From assembly GCA_000388065.2 (NCBI GenBank), contig KB932237.1: a stretch of 9,673 nucleotides of DNA; one strand, given 5' to 3'. Made by a program: the position numbers and the translations under genes. Shown here one piece after another: positions 6,050 to 9,673 of this stretch (the stretch's first letter is position 1; each line of letters opens with the position of its first letter). The DNA is from Fonticula alba ATCC 38817. Its lineage: Eukaryota > Protista > Nucleariida. A model generated the notes under the pieces. The model saw only the letters and a program-made list of their open reading frames with translations, made no database searches and was not told where the DNA came from.

Positions 6050-9000
6050 CTACTCGCCCAGACACCATGCCAGCACCTCCTGCATCTCCTCGTCGACCAG
6101 CTGCAGGTCGACCGCGGCGGCGGCCGGGGCCGCCGGCGCGAGGCCGCGGTGGGGGTGGGCCTTCGTCGGCCCGGCGGCCGGGGCGCAGCGGCGGCTGTCG
6201 AGCCACGCCCGGCGGAGGATCTCCCCGGGCAGGGGCTGGCCCCGGAGCAGGGCATGGCAGCCGAGTTCCACGATCCAGTGGGCCCGCTCGGCCAGCGGCA
6301 GGCTGCGCAGCGTGTGCCGGAGGTGGCGCAGGCGCTGGCCGGCGTCCGGGTCGGCGGGCGAAAGGGCCCCGGCAGCCGGGGGGGAGGCCGCGCTGGCCGG
6401 CGCCCGGCCGGGCTCCGGGTCCTGGTCGTCCGGCAGCAGATCGGCCGACCGGCTGCGCCGGGGGTGGACGCCGCCATTGGGCGGGGTGCCCGGGGTGCTG
6501 CTGCTGCCGCCGGCCAGCAGGCCCAGGGCCCGGTCCGGGCCGAGCCCCAGCAGCAGCGACAGGTCCAGGATCTCGTGCAGGGCCTGGCGGTCGATGGGCT
6601 GCAGGGCCGGGTCGGGGGCCGGGTCGAGGGCCGGGCCGGCCGGGGCCGGGGGCGGCGGCCCGGGGCCGGCCGGCGGCCGGCTGCCCAGGTCGCGCTCCGA
6701 GCGCCAGCGGCCGAAGAAGAAGGACCGGTCGCGCGGGGGGGCGGCCGGGCTGGCCGGCGGCGGCGGCGGCGGGAGGGCGGCCGGGCCGGCCGGCCCGGGG
6801 GCCAGGCTCCGGAGCTGCCACACCCCCAGCAGCAGCGACAGGGCGCATGTCTCCGGCGGGGCGGCCAGGGGATTGGCCGCGGCGGATGCGCGCCACGCCC
6901 GGGCCAGCGGCATGTCGTCCGGGGGGCGGCCGGGCTGGCCGGGCCCGTGTCCCGGGGGCTGGCCGGCCACCAGCGCCCCCCGGAGGAAGTCTATCAGCAG
7001 CATGGCTTGGACCCGGGCGGCGGGCAGGACGGCCGCCGGGGCCAGGCACCGGCCGGCCAGGGCCAGGCGCAGCTCCTCCCGGGCCCCGAGCCGGTCGACC
7101 AGGGCCGCCAGGGCGCCGGCGTCGCAGGCCGGGCCGCAGTCGGCCCCGAGGTCGGCCAGCCGCGCGCACGCGGCCCGGTACACGGCCCGGTCGAAGGGGC
7201 TGGGCGGGGGGCCGGGGCGGTCCGGCGGGTCGGCCGCCGCCCCGGCCGCCGCCCAGGCGCACAGGCCGCACATCGGCCCGGCTGGGCCGGCGCCCGGGTG
7301 CCCGACCGGCAGCGGCAGCAGGCGCGCCCGGTGCAGGGTGTGCTGCAGGTGCGCCGCGCCCAGGGTGGCGGCCAGGCGGTAGGCGGCCCCCGGCACGGGC
7401 AGCACCTCGGCCGGGGGCGGCTCGTGCGGGTGTTCGTGCTCGTGCTCGGGCCCGGGGGCGGGGGCGGGGGCGGGGGCGGGGGCCGGCTCGCTGGGCTGGC
7501 CGGCGGCCGGGCCCCGGGCCCCGGGCCCCGGGGCGTCCTCCGTGTCCGAGGAGGAGGACATGTCGGCCGGGGCCGGGCGCGGGCCGCGCGGGTCGGCCAG
7601 CACATCGGCCAGGAGGTCGGCCGCATGGCCGGCCCCCGGGGCCAGGTCCGGCAGGAAGGCGGCCCGCAGGGCGCGCCAGTCGTCGTACAGCTGGGCGACG
7701 GTGCGCTCGAAGGCGGGGTTGGAGAAGATCCGCCGGACGTGGCTGGCCCGGCGGTCGCTCCAGGGCCCGGGCGGGCTGCCGGGGTCGGCCGGGGCCGGGG
7801 CCGGGGCCGGGGCCGGGGCCGGGGCCGGGCCGGCCACCGGGCTGACCGGCGAGTCCGGCGGCGAGGCCGGCCGCGACAGGCCCAGCGCGCCGGACCCCCC
7901 GGCGGCGGCCAGCAGGTCCGCCGAGGCCGAGCGCAGGTCCGGGCTCGGGCCCGGGGTCCGGCGCTCCGGGGCCAGCGCCAGCGCCAGGGTCCGGGCCGCG
8001 GCCGGGGCCGGGCTGGTGCGGCCGGTGGCCGGCCCGGCCGACCCGGCGCTGCCCGGCCGCAGCAGCTCATCCAGCGACAGGTGGCTGGCGGAGGCGGGGT
8101 CGGCCGGCCGGGGGAAGGCCGGCCGCAGGACCGGGCTCGAGGGGGCGTGCGCGGGGCCGGGCTGCCGGCCGGCCGGGGCCGGGGCCGGGGCCGGGGCCGG
8201 GCCGCCGCGCCCGGCGAACACCGGCAGCGAGCGCGCCCGCGGGCCGATGGTCGGCCGGGGGCCCGGGGCCCGGTGGAAGACCCGCTCGCCGGGGGTCGAC
8301 TCGCCGCGGTCGTCCTGCGGGCCGGGCAGGGGCCGGGGCCGGGGCGGGTGGTGCCCGGCGGGGCCCGGGGCGCCGGCCGGGTGGTCCCCGGCCGGCGCCC
8401 CGGGCCCCGCGTCGTCGGCCTCCCCCGGGTCCAGGTCGAAGAGGCTGTGCCGCCAGGGGGTCTCCATGCCGAGGCGGATGGCCGCCTGGCGAGCGCGGTC
8501 CTGCATGCGCCGGGCGTCGCCCATGATGTGGAAGCACAGCTCGCGGACGCGGAGGAAGCCGCGCCAGGCGGCGGCGTCCGGGTCCAGGTGCCGGGCGGCC
8601 GGCCGGTGGGGCGCGGGCCGGTCGCCGCCGGCCGGGTGCACCCGGACCAGCCACCCGAGCAGGGCATACGCGTGGGCCTCGAAGGGCGGGTCGGCGAGCG
8701 GTCCGGCCGGCGGCCGGGCCCGGGTCATGGCCCGGGTGATGGGGTCGGCCGGGTCGGCGGCCAGGCGCAGGCGGTCGGCCGGCCGGCCGGCCAGGCGCTC
8801 GGCCTCCACCGCCCGGCACACGGGGCACGGCCGGCCCGGCCGGGCGTGGCACTGGCCCGGGTCCGGGCAGGCGGCCCCCTCCGGGCGCCAGGGCGGCGCC
8901 CCGAGCCCGGCGAAGGCCAGCGGCGCGGCGTGGGTGGCCGGGGCCAGGGCCGGCCGCGGCCCGGGCCCGGCCGCATGCTCCACCTGCTGCCCGGCCGGCA

Positions 9001-9478
9001 GCAGCCAGCCCGGCGCCGAGGCCAGCCAGGCCACGGCGTCGGCCGCGCGGGTGGGGTCCTCCCCCGGCCGGGCCCCGGGCCCGGGCGTGCCGCACGCGTC
9101 CTCCAGCATGGCCAGCACGCTGCGGTCCAGCTGGGCCGCCAGGCCGGCCGCGTGGGCGCACCCGCCGGGCCCGGCCGCGATGCCGGCCGCGCGCAGGACC
9201 CGCATGCCGGCCCAGGCCAGCAGGGCGGCCAGGGCGGCCGGCCGGGCGCCCCCCTCGGCCGCGCGCGCCGCCTGCCGCTGCATTTCGGCCGTGTGCTGCA
9301 TGCTCAGGGCCTTGTGGAAGCGGTACTGGGCGCCGGCCGGCCGGCCGGCCGCCAGGTCCCGCGTCAGGGTGCTCAGGCTGAGCGCCGCGTGGCAGGCCGC
9401 CTGCACCAGGTGCAGGGCCGCCCGGTCGCCGCGGTCCCGGTGCGGCCCCAGGGCCTTGAGTGCCTTGATGGGCTGCCC
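6050..9478 (-). CDS. Very large terminal exon (3429 nt, 1142 aa plus stop) of a hypothetical Ala/Pro/Gly-rich protein, 5'-partial
   Basis: Acceptor CACGCAG|GGG at 9479/9478 (phase 0), stop TAG at 6052-6050. This frame has diverse, helical Leu-rich segments (GQPIKALKAL..., FERTVAQLYDDWRALRAAF, LHEILDLSLLLG, LQLVDEEMQEVLAW) with CTG/GCC/GAC codons. The other frames are Arg/Gly/Pro shadows. Confidence 0.85.
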   Translation of the reverse strand, partial: GQPIKALKALGPHRDRGDRAALHLVQAACHAALSLSTLTRDLAAGRPAGAQYRFHKALSMQHTAEMQRQAARAAEGGARPAALAALLAWAGMRVLRAAGIAAGPGGCAHAAGLAAQLDRSVLAMLEDACGTPGPGARPGEDPTRAADAVAWLASAPGWLLPAGQQVEHAAGPGPRPALAPATHAAPLAFAGLGAPPWRPEGAACPDPGQCHARPGRPCPVCRAVEAERLAGRPADRLRLAADPADPITRAMTRARPPAGPLADPPFEAHAYALLGWLVRVHPAGGDRPAPHRPAARHLDPDAAAWRGFLRVRELCFHIMGDARRMQDRARQAAIRLGMETPWRHSLFDLDPGEADDAGPGAPAGDHPAGAPGPAGHHPPRPRPLPGPQDDRGESTPGERVFHRAPGPRPTIGPRARSLPVFAGRGGPAPAPAPAPAGRQPGPAHAPSSPVLRPAFPRPADPASASHLSLDELLRPGSAGSAGPATGRTSPAPAAARTLALALAPERRTPGPSPDLRSASADLLAAAGGSGALGLSRPASPPDSPVSPVAGPAPAPAPAPAPAPADPGSPPGPWSDRRASHVRRIFSNPAFERTVAQLYDDWRALRAAFLPDLAPGAGHAADLLADVLADPRGPRPAPADMSSSSDTEDAPGPGARGPAAGQPSEPAPAPAPAPAPGPEHEHEHPHEPPPAEVLPVPGAAYRLAATLGAAHLQHTLHRARLLPLPVGHPGAGPAGPMCGLCAWAAAGAAADPPDRPGPPPSPFDRAVYRAACARLADLGADCGPACDAGALAALVDRLGAREELRLALAGRCLAPAAVLPAARVQAMLLIDFLRGALVAGQPPGHGPGQPGRPPDDMPLARAWRASAAANPLAAPPETCALSLLLGVWQLRSLAPGPAGPAALPPPPPPASPAAPPRDRSFFFGRWRSERDLGSRPPAGPGPPPPAPAGPALDPAPDPALQPIDRQALHEILDLSLLLGLGPDRALGLLAGGSSSTPGTPPNGGVHPRRSRSADLLPDDQDPEPGRAPASAASPPAAGALSPADPDAGQRLRHLRHTLRSLPLAERAHWIVELGCHALLRGQPLPGEILRRAWLDSRRCAPAAGPTKAHPHRGLAPAAPAAAAVDLQLVDEEMQEVLAWCLGE
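7454..7483. repeat. (GGGGGC)5 coding repeat (poly-PA on -)
   Basis: Read directly. Confidence 0.9.
7789..7829. repeat. (CCGGGG)6 plus partial unit, coding repeat (poly-PA on -)
   Basis: Read directly. Confidence 0.9.
8173..8201. repeat. (CCGGGG)4 plus partial unit, coding repeat (poly-PA on -)
   Basis: Read directly. Confidence 0.9.
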
Positions 9479-9517
9479 CTGCGTGGGCGTGTGTGTGTGT
9501 GTGTGCGTTTGTGTGTG

Positions 9518-9605
9518 GGCGTGTAGGCGTGTAGGCGTGTAGGCGTGTAGGCGTGTAGGCGTGTAGGCGTGTAGGCGTGTAGGCGTGTAGGCGTGTAGGC
9601 GTGTA
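9518..9605. repeat. (GGCGTGTA)11 perfect 8-bp tandem repeat
   Basis: 88 nt, counted directly. Confidence 0.95.
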
Positions 9606-9606
9606 G

Positions 9607-9608
<2 letters not shown>

Positions 9609-9673
<65 letters not shown>
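9609..9673. repeat. (GT)n microsatellite running to the window end
   Basis: Read directly. Confidence 0.97.

Larger units (their letters stand above)
9479..9673 (-). other. 3' part of an intron of the large hypothetical gene, almost entirely CA-rich repeats on the sense strand
   Basis: Ends in CACGCAG. No ATG lies in frame between the repeats and the exon start. Confidence 0.75.

Noticed and set aside
5610-7271. The UBE3D frame stays open upstream through the spacer (ORF 3855..7271), suggesting a fusion or N-terminal extension
   Set aside because: The extension is non-protein-like. The candidate donors near 6065 and 6053 are phase 2 while the best acceptor (5895) is phase 0. An open frame is expected by chance at this GC content.
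3891-9542. Many long overlapping ORFs (3891..7382 +, 3922..5871 +, 5884..7845 +, 6149..9526 -, 7542..9542 +, and others)
   Set aside because: Shadow frames. Stops are rare at this GC content, and the translations are Arg/Gly/Pro-dominated antisense or shifted readings of the two real minus-strand exons.
9518-9605. Tandem repeats as a CRISPR array
   Set aside because: No unique spacers, units too short, no cas genes, eukaryotic context.
9518-9673. GGCGTGTA array and GT tract as a telomere (G-rich strand toward the window end)
   Set aside because: It lies in an intron upstream of an exon that needs further 5' exons, and it is embedded in ordinary (GT)n on both sides.

Overview
Very GC-rich, intron-containing eukaryotic DNA from a draft scaffold with two N-gaps (1877-1886 and 3162-3746). 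The composition and (CA)n-laden introns suggest a unicellular eukaryote such as a Fonticula-like opisthokont, which is inference only. Four gene units are supported. (1) The 3' part of a paxillin-family gene on + (exons 144-412, 601-1048, 1135-1218), encoding an LD-like helix and four LIM domains. (2) A divergent UBE3D/Ipa1-like (HECT_2 family) gene on -, join(5609..3899, 1721..1495), 645 aa, convergent with paxillin. (3) An unrelated + strand coding exon (about 1921/1931-2407, acidic and Tyr-rich, unknown family) lying inside the last intron of the UBE3D-like gene, on a 1.3-kb contig bounded by both gaps. This is either a nested antisense gene or a mis-scaffolded contig. (4) A 3.4-kb terminal exon on - (9478..6050, 1142 codons) of an unrecognised Ala/Pro/Gly-rich protein. 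There are many micro- and minisatellites. No prokaryotic systems, RNA genes, CRISPR arrays or mobile elements are supported, and most long six-frame ORFs are GC shadow frames.
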